Made by a program: the position numbers and the translations under genes. A DNA stretch of 60,338 nucleotides from Octopus sinensis. Taxonomy: Eukaryota. The DNA lies in NCBI RefSeq assembly GCF_006345805.1, contig NW_021832252.1:1-60338 (forward strand). Reading direction: 5' to 3'. Below are positions 1 through 16,597 of the stretch, piece after piece (within the stretch, counting starts at the first letter, position 1; each line of letters begins with the position of its first letter). Under the pieces are notes generated by a model. That model did no database searches. It saw nothing but the letters and a program-made list of their open reading frames with translations, and had not been told where the DNA came from.

Positions 1-43
1 AATTACACAAATAAGCGATCTAGCGAAAAAGACACATCGAAAA

Positions 44-70
44 GCCGACACGGAACGTCAACGAAACGAA
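44..70 (-). promoter_or_regulatory. Conserved ZNF promoter/exon-1 motif (would belong to a gene left of the window)
   Basis: Reverse complement TTCGTTTCGTTGACGTTCCGTGTCGG is identical to 28891-28916 and to the copy at 47536-47561. Function is inferred. Confidence 0.45.
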
Positions 71-89
71 TTAAGAATCCGGTTGTTGT

Positions 90-1163
90 GCTTCCAGATA
101 TTGTACGATGGGTTGGTGCCTTCCTCTCAGATCGCACCTTCCAAGTCCAAGTTAATGTTTCGCGGTCCGACGTCTCCAGTGCGAGCAGTGGCGTGCCTCA
201 AGGTTCAGTGCTTGGGCCCTTATTGTTCTTAGTCTTCATAAATGACTTGCCCGACGACCTCACGCAACACACCCTTCTATTTGCCGACGATGTCAAACTG
301 GTCGCTCCTCGCGGTGATATAGAGGATCTTCGTCGATGCCTCCACCAAATTTGGAGGTGGTCTAACGAATGGGACCTGTGTCTGAACGTGTCAAAGTGCT
401 GTCATCTGCCTGTTGGCTCTCCTCCTGCAACTCAACTTGATTTCTAGCCGGGTCATCTGCTGCTGGAGAGGACCGATGAGGTAAAGGACCTGGGTATCTT
501 GGTGGATTCCTCCTTTTCGCCTTCGGCCCAGTGCATCCATGCTGCCAACAAAGCACGCGGAATTCTGTTCTTGATTTGACAGTCATTCGGAATGCTCACA
601 GCAGCCATATTCCTACCACTCTATGTCACGCTGGTGAGACCCATATTGGAGTACGGGATTCAAGCCTCTTCTCCTTATCTCCTCAAAGACATACAGCATC
701 TTGAAAGAGTCCAGAGGCTGGCTACTCGCATGGTTCATGGTCTCAAAAATTTGTCTTATGAAGAAAGGCTGAGGACGCTCGACCTTTATTCTCTAGAAAA
801 ACGCCGCCGTCGTGGTGATCTCATTCTCGCTCACAACATCATAAGCGGAAAGTGTAACCTCTCAAAAGAGCTGTTCTTCACTCCTGCTCCAGAGCGTCGG
901 CTGCGGGGTCATTCCAAAAAGCTCTACCTGCGACGATTTCATCTCAATCGAAGGAGAGGAGATTTCTCCGTCCGGGTTGCGGATCCATGGAACAAGCTGC
1001 CAGACGAGATGGTGAAGATGCCGACGACCGCTTTGTTCAAAGTCTCCCTTGACCTCAAGTGGCCTGAACTCTTTACATGAACACCACCCTGTACTTAACT
1101 CCATGTCCCCCTACATGGCCTTGCTATTTGCTTTTGAGCCAAAAATTAACTAACTAACTAACT
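90..1163 (+). mobile_element. 5'-truncated CR1/L2-type LINE (RT C-terminal half plus 3'UTR), family A
   Basis: GVPQGSVLGPLLF, FADDVKL, YVTLVRPILEY, LERVQRLATR. In-frame stops near 445 and 577. 3' hairpin CCATGT...ACATGG and (TAAC)n tail. Confidence 0.9.
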
Positions 1164-1391
1164 TCCCTTATTAATAACACTTTTGTCTGATGCTAAAAGT
1201 AAAGTGGTAAATTTTTAAAAATGTGAATTGTAAGAAAAAATCCAAATAACAAATGATACAAAGCTAGAAGCTGACATTTTTATTGCTACTTTTACGTCCT
1301 CCGCGTACCGAACCACAATGTCAAAGAAAGCAACACGACTTGTCAGATAGTGGTGGGTGTGGGGCACAGACACGTGTGTATTACTCCCATC

Positions 1392-1796
1392 GGATCTTTT
1401 CCGTTTGAACGGCAGTTTTTTCTCGCAGTATCATATGAAATTGTCACCCATAATTATGACCCTAGTATCGATCTATTGCATTTCAATCTGTTTTAGGGTT
1501 AGGGGTGGGGGGAAGGGTATATTTTTTTCTTCACAAATGTAAATAAGCCCAATCTGTTTCTTAAACGAGGGACATATTCAAACGGCACAGAATGTTTTCA
1601 CCTCAATAGACGTCATTGATTAGTTGAAATTGCAGAAATAAAAAAACAACAAATATCTTACAAACTATAGAATTTTCTCAATAAAGCAAAGAGAAAAAGA
1701 TGTTTTATAAACACATTCTACCAGTATACGAAGTTTAAAAGTGCTTAGTTACGTGGAAATTATTTTAAAAAACTGCCGGTCAAACAGAAAAGATCC
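1392..1796. mobile_element. MITE, GGATCTTTTCC family (short form)
   Basis: Termini GGATCTTTTCCGTTTGAACGGCAG and CTGCCGGTCAAACAGAAAAGATCC. No TSD found. Confidence 0.75.
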
Positions 1797-2238
1797 ATGT
1801 TCTGCAGCAAAAGAGTCGGATGGTATAGCTACTAGATTTAAAATGTTTTGGTATAGTCTTTCTTATTCGCAAAATGATCCCTCCCCATCATTAATTTTGC
1901 TTAGATCGTTGTCAATTTTGGTTTATCGATGCAACATTGAAGTCTGATTACGATCAACCCATTACTTTCTCTCGTAAATTAAAGAATCTGATGTAATTTG
2001 GCATTAAAGTTAGGAAATTTGGGTAGTTTTAGCCAATCAATAGACAGCGTGGCATTAACAGCTTGTTGCCATGACATCATGCTGCTTTGTAATTCACTGT
2101 TGTCTCTGTTGATTTTTCACACTTGATTCTTCACCTTCGTGTTTTGTTTTAATCTTTCTGTTAGTTAGTATTTTAAATACTAAGTTGGCCTCCGACTTGG
2201 TTGGCTGTTTATATCGCCTGTCTATATCGAGCGCAAAC

Positions 2239-2754
2239 GGATCTTTTCCTTTTGAACGGCAGTTTTCAACACAATTTCTAGTTAACTAAACACTTTTAAG
2301 CTTCGTATACTGGTAGAAGGTGTTTATAAAACATCATTTTTTCTTGGCTTCATTGAGAAAATTCTATAGTTTGTAACACATTTCCACTTTAAAATCGAGC
2401 ATTTCGGCAATTTTAACCAATTAAATATGTCCATTTGGAGTCAAAACATACCGTGCTGTATGAATATGTCCCTTGTTTAAGAAACAGATTGAGTTTGTTT
2501 ACATTTGCGAAAAAAAAAAGATACGCTTCCCCAACCCCTAACTCTAACTAAACCTAACCCTAAAATAGATTGAAATGCAAAGATCGATACTAGGGTTATA
2601 ATTATGGGTGACATTTCATTTGACAACGTTAGAAAAAAAATCCCATTTTCTGTAAAAATGATGTGTTATAAAAACATTCTACAGTAGACGAAGTTTAAAA
2701 GTGTTTAGTTAACTAGACATGTGTTGACATCTGCCATTCAAAAGGAAAAGATCC
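2239..2754. mobile_element. MITE, GGATCTTTTCC family, 8-bp TSD
   Basis: Inverted termini. Flanks gcgcaaac / acgcaaac. Internal CCCTAA-like repeats. Confidence 0.85.
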
Positions 2755-3059
2755 ACGCAAACTTGTACGAAGTACAGACGTCTGCGTGTTAATATACATC
2801 TCAGGAAAAACAGCCTTCTCATATTCAATAAGATTGGTGGCACCCTGGTAGTACATATCATTGTGGAAAACGTAAAACCACCCATAATTGTTATATATAT
2901 ATTAATTACCAGAGTGACCCACGACTTGACTGGTTACAGAGCTGAGTACTATTTACGAAAAGTGGCCCGCTGCGCGCCATCGCGCTAGCTAGTTGTGACT
3001 AGTCAATCCGACGACACTACCTAGCGCGAGTGCACGTATGCAAACTAATAGATGCGCGC

Positions 3060-3500
3060 ATGTATTATAAATCCTCGAGTATAATTCTCATTTTACCCCC
3101 CAAATTTAAAGGTCAAATGCCAGGTTCGGATTATATACAAGGTTAGAAAGAAAATTATTTACTAGGCAATGTCCGAGTCTCTCTTTGCTGTCCGGCAATG
3201 TTTATTCAGACACATTTTGTGATGTCGGGCGTGAAAATACCTAAAGCTAAGCCTGAAATCAATGAAGTCATAAAAGAATCATCCATAACTTGCAGTAAGC
3301 AACATTTATTAAACGTTATTACTGTTATTTCTTTATTTTCTGCAAACAAAATATACAAAAAAGCTACACGTTTGCATTATGTTATATATACAATAATAAT
3401 AAAGGACGTTACCATATACATTTTTACAAACCAAGGACGTTATATAGACCTCCTTGACTCAGGTTAGAGAAGGGGTGCATATTACACACAAGGTTTAGGT
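3060..3500. mobile_element. Probable pogo/Tc2-like DNA transposon remnant
   Basis: CCTCGAGTATAAT...GGATTATATACAAGG and GGGTGCATATTACACAC motifs. Paralogues at ~41576-42180 and ~50550-51000. Confidence 0.4.
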
Positions 3501-3664
3501 TTTTCAGAGGTACAGCCCCCTAAAAATTCCCTTCAGTATTAGACTCAAGGGCGGACTACACTCGAAGATTTAAGATATGTATTTAAAGGCTGTACATCAA
3601 ATAATTTTTTTTTTTTAAAACAAGGTAAATCAATTTTTCAAACAAATAAATAATTATTAACTAA

Positions 3665-3766
3665 TTAGGGAGAGAGTCAGTTTAGATGAGATGCAGTTTG
3701 GGTTCATGCCAGGGAAAAGCACCACTGGCTATATATTTCTGGTAAGACAGATGCAGGAGAAATACC
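3665..3766 (+). mobile_element. RTE RT fragment
   Basis: Encodes approximately ERVSLDEMQFGFMPGKST...VRQMQEKY, matching 57830-57920. Copy at ~51157-51256. Confidence 0.8.
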
Positions 3767-4437
3767 TGATCTTTTTCTTTTGACGGCAGTTTTCAACACA
3801 ATTTCTAGTTAACTAAACACTTTTAAACTTCGTATACTGGTAGAATGTATCAAAATAAAACATTTTTTCTCTTGGCTTTCTTGAGAAAATTGTAATTTGT
3901 TTGTTTAACGTAGTTCATTTTTCGAATTTTAACCAATCAATGGCCTCTATTGAGCTAAAATCATTTGCTGCGTCATACTAAGACATCACCCTAACCCTAA
4001 ATTTTAGCCTTTCGGCTTTTTTTTTCTTAATTGTTAAATTAATTTAAGGATAACAATAAGAAAGAAAAAATGAAAGGCTAAAACAAAAGCCAAAAACTCA
4101 ACAAAAACAAAACGAATTAATTATAGACACACGCGAAACAATTAAATTAATTTAACAATTAAGAAAAAAAAAACGAAAGGCTAAAATTTAGGGTTAGGGT
4201 TAGTGACAGGATGTTGTCTGTTTTAGACGCAGCAAATGATTTTAGCTCAATAGAGGGCATAGGATTGGTTAAAATTCGAAAAATTAAACTACATTAAACA
4301 AACAAATTACAATTTACTCAAGAAAGCCAAGAGAAAAAAATGTTTTATTTTGATACATTCTACCAGTATACGAAGTTCAAAAGTGTTTGGTTAACTAGAA
4401 ATTTTGTTGAAAACTGCCGTTCAAAAGGAAAAGATCT
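3767..4437. mobile_element. Foldback MITE, GGATCTTTTCC family (long palindromic form)
   Basis: Arms ~3767-4050 and ~4140-4437 are near-perfect inverted repeats. CCCTAA/TTAGGG units inside. The same insertion is at 42199-42882 and 51257-51923. Confidence 0.9.
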
Positions 4438-4470
4438 GACTTAGTGTAATTTACTGCAGATATTACAGTG

Positions 4471-5768
<1,298 letters not shown>

Positions 5769-6095
5769 TATTGTTCTATGGTATACAAGCACAACATATA
5801 ATTTTGCTTCCTTTTTTATATATTTCTATTGCTTATATTTCCAGCAGTTTTGATCTTCATCAATATCTGAAGATGATACAAACACCTTTGCAGATATCTC
5901 CCGCTCCAAACAGAATGTGAAATACTTTAGCAAATATTCCAGGCAATGATGGAAACAAATGTTGCCATTAATTCAGAAGAAATATTTCACAGTTTTCAAC
6001 CATAGACAAATCATATAAACAGAGTTATGTCAAATATTTATAACATCTTCCATTAGATGATCAATATTCATGAAGTATCACTAACATTTCACCTC

Positions 6096-6135
6096 CTGAA
6101 ATGACACAGAAACAGAAGATATAGGAAAGACTTAA
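6096..6135 (-). promoter_or_regulatory. Conserved splice acceptor of the ZNF coding exon
   Basis: Pyrimidine tract ending TTTCTGTGTCATTTCAG. Also at 11176(+), 23225(-), 32346(+), 45016(-), 53337(-). Confidence 0.7.
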
Positions 6136-6248
6136 AAAGCAGAGATTCAACTATAAAAAATATATAACTACATCTTCATAATGATAAACTGTGGATATAA
6201 TCCTTTAATTTCTCTTTGAAATTTATTTATGGTAATTTATAATATGGT

Positions 6249-6370
6249 AACCCTTTTGTTACCATATTTCTGCTGAGATTCAGTGTGTTTCTTTCAATTA
6301 TTTTAAATATAATAAAGAACTTAGTGAACTAACTTAGTTATCATTCAACAAGTGTTAGGAACATAAATTC
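6249..6370. mobile_element. Truncated piggyBac-like MITE
   Basis: Left ~120 bp of the element that is complete at 53489-53711. Confidence 0.7.
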
Positions 6371-7815
<1,445 letters not shown>

Positions 7816-7840
7816 AAAAATAACTGGGATAAAATAGATG

Positions 7841-8475
7841 TCTTTTCTTTCTTTTACTTGGTTCAGTCATTTGACTGTGGCCATGCTGGAGCCCGCCTTT
7901 AGTCGAGCAAATTAAACCCAGGACTTATCCTTTGTAAGCCTAGTACTTATTCTATCGGTCACTTTTGCCGAGCCGTTAAGTTATGGGGACGTAAAACACA
8001 CATCATCGGTTGTCAAGCGATGTTGCGGGGACAAACAAAGGCACCACAATCGTACACACACATGTGCACGTAAAAAGCACCATCTGATCGTTGCCGTTTG
8101 CCAGCCTCGTCTGGTACCTGTGTAGGTGGCACGTAAAAAGCACCCACTACACTCAAGGAGTGGTTGGCGTTAGGAAGGGCATCCAGCTGTAGAAACAGTG
8201 CCAGATCCGACTGGAGCCTGGTGCAGCCTCCTGGCTTCCCAGACTCTGGTTGAACCGTCCAACCCATGCTAGCATGGAAAATGGACATTAAACGATGATG
8301 ATGATATATACGACGGGCTTCTTTTCAGTTTCCGTCTACGAAATCCACTCACAAGGCTTTGGTCGGCCCGAAGCTATAGTAGAAGACACTTGCCCAAGGT
8401 GTCACACAGTGGGACTGAACCCGGGACCATGTGGTTGGTAAGCAAGCTACTTACCATACAGCCACTCCTACGCCT
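7841..8475 (-). mobile_element. tRNA-type SINE family A (octopus OK-like), with a nested RTE tail
   Basis: Head GGCGTAGGAGTGGCTGTATGGTAAGTAGC...GGTTCAGTCCC on the minus strand. Tail GGCGGGCTCCAGCATGGCC-CAGTCAAATGACTG. Confidence 0.85.
8066..8305 (+). mobile_element. RTE 3'UTR tail copy
   Basis: Matches 59440-59634. CCATGCTAGCATGG palindrome and (GAT)n tail. Confidence 0.85.
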
Positions 8476-8940
8476 GGTGAATAAAATACAGCAATTGTAT
8501 TACTTTTTATTGAATAATTAATTGTTTCCATTTTCTCATTTGCTTAAACTCATTAATTATGATGTGTGTTTTCCATTCAAATAATATTGATTAAATAATT
8601 TGTTCTATTTTCTTGTGGATGTGTCATTATCACACCAATATCTGACATTCCAGTTCCCAATTACGATCGGTTGTGTCCTCCTGGACATTTTGAGTCTCAG
8701 GATTTGCAGTATTGTGATAGCAACCCACATATTCTAGAACAAACTGGAGGCCTACTGCTTTTGTCATAGTGTTTGGTGTAGAGTGGATGATACAGCCTAC
8801 TTATTTTTTGCTAAAATCATTCTGTAGATCGGTTTTCATGGTCTTGTTCTTACCAGACACCAAGCAGGGATTTATGATGGGCATCTGGTTAGAATGGCAC
8901 CTGTTGTGATAAGAGTAGACTGGTCCGAGAGTAAAGTATG

Positions 8941-9272
8941 CTCCCACCGCCAATCTCTGGGGCCCCTTCCATCTGTCCTGCAATGGCGCTTGCGGTGGTT
9001 TGGACATGCATGTAGGCATCCGGTGGGTGAACTGAGCCGTGATGTCCTCCCAACTGGCGGAAACGCATGGCGGGCAGCTGAGGACCTCTCTGTGCTCACG
9101 GGTCCACAGGTGGTCTGCCTGCACCGATGGAAACGTGGACTGGCTTGCTATCTCCAGTGAACTGGCGCAGGACCGTCGTGCGTGGGCTGCCATGGTTGAG
9201 ATGCTCGAGGGTGGTAGAAGAAGCCGACTCAACCCGCCTGGGGTGAATGTCGCCACAGGTACAAGTAAGTAG
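8941..9272 (+). mobile_element. RTE-clade LINE 3' fragment (second family), inserted in a Gypsy LTR start at 8902
   Basis: LRWFGHACR...LAQDRRAW motifs. The flank TGTTGTGAT... matches the LTR at 38657. Confidence 0.75.
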
Positions 9273-9399
9273 AAGAGGGTGCCATGAATCGGTCTTTCTG
9301 TTATCAGGTAACCCTGGCTGAGGGGCATAAGCCAAGATTATGGTTGCTAACCCCATGTTGCAACACTAATCTAAGCTTAAGTATTCTATCACAGACTCT

Positions 9400-9700
9400 G
9401 ACTACTTGATTACCTTATCAACCCATTCTCTCTGCAAGAAGTATATTCATGCCCTCAACTCCATCAGTATTCCCTACCCAGAAAATCTTATACCTACGTT
9501 CTTTGCTTGTGAGGAACCTAGTAGAACTTCCTCTCCACCTTACTTCTTGGAAGCAGCACAAATCTACATGGCTCCATTCAAGAATCTCAACAATCTCACC
9601 AGACCTATCTTTCAATGTGCCAATCTGAGGTTGTGGAAGGTGTGGGCCTGCAAGACCCTGAGGTGGGGGACAGCAGCATCAGGTACCTGAAAAGAAAGCT
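9400..9700 (-). mobile_element. RTE APE-endonuclease fragment
   Basis: KDRSGEIVEILE..VDLCCFQEVRWRG...YKIFWVG (endonuclease N-terminus). Confidence 0.8.
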
Positions 9701-10086
9701 TGAATTTGACAGAATCATAAACATACATAGCCTTCAACCTGCATACACTTACCCTTATTTTGTGCACTAAATTATCACTGCATTCCACAGGAGGTAAACA
9801 CTAAGTATGGATGGGGGAGCATCTAAGCCATTGGAGGTGTTCAGGGGAAAGGCATCCAATGGGGCTCAGAACATAGGGACTTCCAGTATAGGTGATGGGG
9901 GTGGGATGGGCGAACACACCACGAAATGGCAAACACTCTGGCTGCCGGTGCAAAAGAATAACAACAACAATGATAATAATAATGAGATAGAACTGGACAT
10001 TTGCATTCTTAACTAGAGCTGTAAGCAACCGTATTCGGTTAGCCAAACTGTGTCAAAATTAGATAAATTATATTTGGTGTTGCTAC

Positions 10087-10593
10087 ATGATTTTACTTCA
10101 CGAATGCTTTTTAGCAATTGCCATTTGGTGCATGAGAGAGTTCGATGCAGCTGCCCTCATCTGCACCTCCTGCCGTGAAGTTGGTTCATCTAGGATACCT
10201 GACAGGAAGAGATCCAGTTTTATTTTAAAGACATCTGCATCAACCCCATGCAGGTCACAGGTCCTTCGAGAGGATATGAAGAGCTGTGAACCTCTGAAGC
10301 CCAGGCTATCACAGTATCTTGTCCTATATCTTGATGGCAAATTTGTAGTCCTTGGCACTATGCAGTGGCTCCCAGTTCTAGTATTTGTGTAACACTCGAT
10401 GCCAAAGTTTGGGACAAGTCCTTCTAGGATCTTCCAGATGTATATTATGGCATATCTTTCTCGCCTACGCTCTAAGGAATAGAGTCTTAATCTCTTGAGT
10501 CTTTCCCAATAGCCCATATGCTGCACAGAGGCTATCTTCTTTGTGTAGCTTCGTTGGATTGCCTCAAGTTCTGTGATTAATTTGACACTGGAT
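10087..10593 (-). mobile_element. CR1/L2-type LINE 3' ORF2 fragment, family B
   Basis: ELEAIQRSYTKKI...YWERLKRLRLYSLERRRERY...PDEP-like motif. Confidence 0.85.
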
Positions 10594-11541
10594 GGTTGTC
10601 CAGCGATGTTAGTGTGACAAACACAGACACATAAGGACACACACAAACATACATATACACATATATACGACGGGCTTCTTTCCATGCTTCCTCAGATTCG
10701 CCAACACTACACCTGATTTTCTCCCCTCCATACACACGCAAACATGTATCTGACTCATACACTGTTCACTTTCCAGTCATTTATACATTACTGCATATAC
10801 TTTATACACACTTTTGACAAGTTGTGGTGCACCTGAGCACTGTATACAGTAATTTCATTATTATTATTTAAAAGTCGTGAACCAAACCTAATTTCATTAA
10901 TAGACCTGTTCAGCCAGGGATGATTCCGGGCTAAACAACAGTGACTTATCACATTTCTGAAGATAGTAGGAAGTTATTGTCCAATATTTTGTAGTTTAAC
11001 ATTTACATAATATCTGAAGGTAAAGGAACGGAAGTCTGTGTATAGAGACTAATTATTCGGGTTAAGGTTTTATATAAAAGTTTATTATTATGAAAATGTA
11101 GTAATTTTTTTTAGTTAGTTGAATCTCTGCTTTTCAAGTCTTTCCTGTATCTTCTACTGTTTCTGTGTCATTTCAGAATATGAGATGTTAGTGGTATAAA
11201 GGAGTTTTTACATCAGATACATCATGAATATTGATCATCCTTTGAAGACTAATGGAAGATATTATAAATAATATATATAACCCTGTTTCTATTACAAATC
11301 TATGGTGAATAACTGTGAAATATTTCTTTGGAATTAATACGAACGTTTGTTTTCTTCATTGCCAGTAATTTTACATTCTGTTTGAATTGGAAAAATCTGT
11401 GAAGGTCTTTGTATTATCTTCAGATATTCGAGAAGATCAGATTTGCTGTAAATATAGCAGTAGAAGTATTTGAATCAACAAAGACATTTATAAGAAGAAG
11501 AAAAGAAAATATATTTTGGTGTTGCATACTGCAGAAGAATA

Positions 11542-13061
<1,520 letters not shown>

Positions 13062-13064
13062 GAT

Positions 13065-13379
13065 CATCATCATCATCGTTTAGCGTCCACTTTCCATGCT
13101 AGCATGGGTTGGACGGTTCAACTGGGATGTCGGAAGCCAGAAGGCTGCACCAGGCTCCAGTCTGATCTGGCAGTGTTTCTACAGCTGGATGCCCTTCTTA
13201 ACGCCAACCACTCCGTGATTGTAGTGGGTAGGGTACTTTTACGTGCCACCGGCAAAGGTGCCAGACGGAACTGGCAAACGGCCACGTTCGGATGGTTCAC
13301 TTATGTGCCACCGGCCTTGGTATCACAGCTACAAATTCCATTGATGTTGATCGATTATGACTTTGATTTTGGTTTTGAT
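13065..13379 (-). mobile_element. RTE 3' tail inserted antisense in a decayed finger
   Basis: Host CACTGTGAT|ATCTG is split. Matches the RTE 3'UTR at 59185-59634. Orthologous copy at 33988-34296. Confidence 0.85.
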
Positions 13380-13864
13380 ATCTGTAGTAATCATTCTCTT
13401 AGGATTATGTTGTTTAACTAATTTTAAATGCATTCATACAGAGAGAAGACATATTGCTGTGTTATCTGTGCAAAATAATTCTCTTAACGTAATTTAACTA
13501 AACCTGATTTATTCATATTGATCAATAACAATACCAGTGATAAAAGGGGAATAAAATACAGCAATTGTATTACTTATTTTGAGACAAATAAATTTTTTAC
13601 ATTGTCCTCATTTGCATCAACTCATTATTATGATGTGTGTGGTTTTCATTCAAACAATTTTAATTACATTAATTTGCTGTTTTCTTGTGATATATTATTC
13701 CGACACCATTGTATCACATTCCAGTTCCCAACGATGATCAGTGTTCTCTGCTGGACATGCTTAGGCTATCCCACGATCTGCAGCTATAATCTAATGAACA
13801 ATATGTGTCCATATCTTGTACTGGGTACACTACATGGAGTTTCTCCTGACATTTTCTACATGCC

Positions 13865-15570
13865 GAGCAGGCCATCTCTCTGACAAGATCTGTCTTGGTC
13901 TTTGCTAAATTTACTGTATAGTTTTTCAATCCAGATCTTGCTTCCATACCTAAAATTTGGGATCTTTTCCTTTTGAACGGTGCTTTCAACACAATTTCTA
14001 GTTAACTAAACACTTTTAAACTTCGTATACTATTAGAATGTGTTTATAAAACATCATTTTTCTTGGCTTTATTGAGAAAATTCTATAGTTTGTAAGATAT
14101 TTCGTCTGAAAATTCGAGTATTTTGGCAATTTTAACTGATCGCTGACCTCCATTTAGGTAAATAACATTCTGTGCATAATGAATATGTCCCTCCTTTAAG
14201 AAACAGATTGGGTTTATTTACATTTGTGAAGAAAAAAAGATACCATTCCCCACTCCGAACCCTAAATCTAAAAGAGATTGAATGCAATAGATCGATACTA
14301 GGGCCATAATTTGGATGACAATTTCATACGACACCGCTACAGAAAGTGGATTTTTTTCTAGCGATGTCAAATGAAAATGTCACCCATAATTACGGCCCTA
14401 GTATCGATCTTGCATTTCAATCTATTTTAGAGTTAGAGTTAGGGGAGTGGGAAGGTATCTTTTTTCTTCACGAATGTAAATAAACCCAATCTGTTTCTTA
14501 AAGAGGGACATATTCATACAGCACGGAATATTTACCTAAATAGACTCCAGCGATTGGTTAAAATTGCCAAAATACTCGAATTTTCAGACGAAATATCTTA
14601 CAAACTATAGAATTTTCTCAATAAGCCAAGAAAAAATGATGTTTATAAACACATTCTTCCAGTATACAAAGTTAAAAGTGTTTAGTTAACTAGAAATATT
14701 TGTACAAAGTGCCGTTCAAAAGGAAAAGATCCGAAATTTGTCTCTAATTTTGGTAGGGATTCAGCAATAATAACAAGGTCATCAGCTTGGAAGAGATCCC
14801 AAGGGCAGCAATCTTACCAACCACTCATCTCTCCCTAGCTTCTCTATTTCTCACCAAATAATGGAGAAGGGGACTCTGTCAAAAGCTTTTTCCATGTCAA
14901 CAAAATCCAAATGCAAAGATATATCTTTGACCAAGTACTTCTGCTTTTGCCTCACCAGAAGATAGCATTGCTGGTGCTTCTACTTGATACAATCTTACAC
15001 CTTGATCCATGGAACTTACATTTATATATGAGGAGACCTATTGAGTCAAGTACATCAACATCATCAAAAAATCAAATGGAAATTATAGTTGTGATACCTG
15101 TGCCGGTGGCAAGTAAAAAAGCACCATCCGAACATGACTGATGCCAGCACCACCTTGACTGGCTTCCTTGCTGGTAAAAAGCATCAACCGATCATAGCCG
15201 TTGCCAGCCTTGCCTGACACCTGTGCTGGTGGCATGTAAAATGCACCACTACACTCACAGAGTGGTTGGCATTAGGAAGGAATTTAAGATTGGCTGCCCT
15301 TGGGATCTCTTCCAACTGATGACCTTGTTCTTATTGCTGAATCCCTACCACAATTAGAGAACAAATTTCAGGTATGGAAGCAAAATCTGGATTGAAAAAC
15401 CATACAGTAAATTTAGCAAAGACCAAAGACAGATCCTGTCAGGGAGATGGCCCTGCTCGGCATGGAGAAAAGGGCATCAGACTGGGCCTGGTGCAGCCTT
15501 CTGGCTTCCCAGACCCAGTCGAACCATCCACCCATGCTAGCATGGAAGCGGACACTGACGATGATGATGC
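13865..15570. mobile_element. Scrambled RTE RT and 3'UTR fragments in both orientations (paralogue 34800-36192)
   Basis: FVDMEKAFDRVP (minus strand, ~14870-14930). GCPWDLFQADDLVLIAES on both strands. RTE tail on plus. Confidence 0.75.
13960..14732. mobile_element. Foldback MITE, GGATCTTTTCC family, 8-bp TSD
   Basis: Flanks aaaatttg / gaaatttg. The empty site CCTGAAATTTGTTCTC is present in the paralogue near 34866. Confidence 0.92.
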
Positions 15571-15854
15571 TGTGAATGTGAGATAAAGAGTTGGCACAAA
15601 AGAACTACCATTTGAGCCTCATCGATGCCAGTGCCATCTGGCTGCCCCCCCTTCCGTGCCAGTCACACTGGAAAAACACCCACTACACTCTTGTTGTTAA
15701 GCAACAAGACAGGTAAGGGAAATAAAAAATCTGTGGTCGTCTTGTTGCAGTCGAGGGCGTTTTCCATTGATGCCCGACACCACTGGAGGTGGCCCTTGAA
15801 GTCAGTGGAAATGGAGATCTCCAGGTCCAAATTCTTGGACAGCCCCGCTACACT

Positions 15855-16003
15855 CTCGGAGTGGTTGGCATTAGGAAGGGCACCCAGCTGTAGAAACTCT
15901 GCCAGATCAGATGGAGCCTGGTGCAGCCATCTGCTCACCAGCCCTCAGTCAAAATCGTCCAACCCATGCCAGTATGGAAAGTGGATGTTAAATGATGATG
16001 ATG
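15855..16003 (+). mobile_element. RTE 3' tail copy
   Basis: GAGTGGTTGGCATTAGGAAGGG...CCATGCCAGTATGG...(GAT)n. Confidence 0.75.
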
Positions 16004-16074
16004 AACCATTTACATTTTTACAATAGATATTTATAGGGAAGTCCCATGTTGAATAATTCTAACCAATTGCATTG

Positions 16075-16452
16075 TAAGCTACAGCAATTTTAGAACGGGA
16101 CAACATTGCATAGTGCCAAAGATCCCGGCAATGACATCATGCTTCAGGACAGCTTCTGCAACAGGCTGGGTTTCAAGGGCCCACAGCTTTTTAATATTCT
16201 CCAAGAGTCTGAGGAACTTGCACAAGGTAGATGTAGTGATTTTAAATCAAAGCTGGACATCTTCCTGTCGAGAGTCCCAGATGAACCTACCTCACGGCAA
16301 GAGGTGCAAATGAGAGTAGCTATATCAAACTCCATTCTTCACCAAGTGCCACATATTAGAGGAAGTTCTTCGTAATAACATTCTAGTACAAAACGGCGGG
16401 GTGCATCAGCATGGCCGCAGCTCTGAGCTGAAACAAGTAAAAAAAAAAAAAA
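16075..16452 (+). mobile_element. CR1/L2 family B 3' end with complete 3'UTR
   Basis: FKSKLDIFLSRVPDEP, stop at 16375, then GGCGGGGTGCATCAGCATGGCCGCAGCTCTGAGCTGAAAC and poly(A). Confidence 0.85.
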
Positions 16453-16597
16453 TTGGTACCAAACAGATAATCAACATATTTAACAATGAAGACATTGCAT
16501 GCTTTCACTTGAAATGTGACATATCCCACATTTCGCCTATGAAATTTAATTGTCACCCGTCATGCAACAAAGAAATTTTGCTGTTTTTCTCAACATA

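Noticed and set aside
3985-4205. TTAGGG/CCCTAA runs as interstitial telomere or chromosome fusion site
   Set aside because: Only 2-3 units each, always at fixed positions inside MITE arms.
8013-8288. Recurrent ORFs ...CTRLQSDLAVFLQLDALPNANHS... (also 13050, 34024, 45834, 59349)
   Set aside because: Antisense translation of the RTE 3'UTR tail; the recurrence reflects repeat copies.
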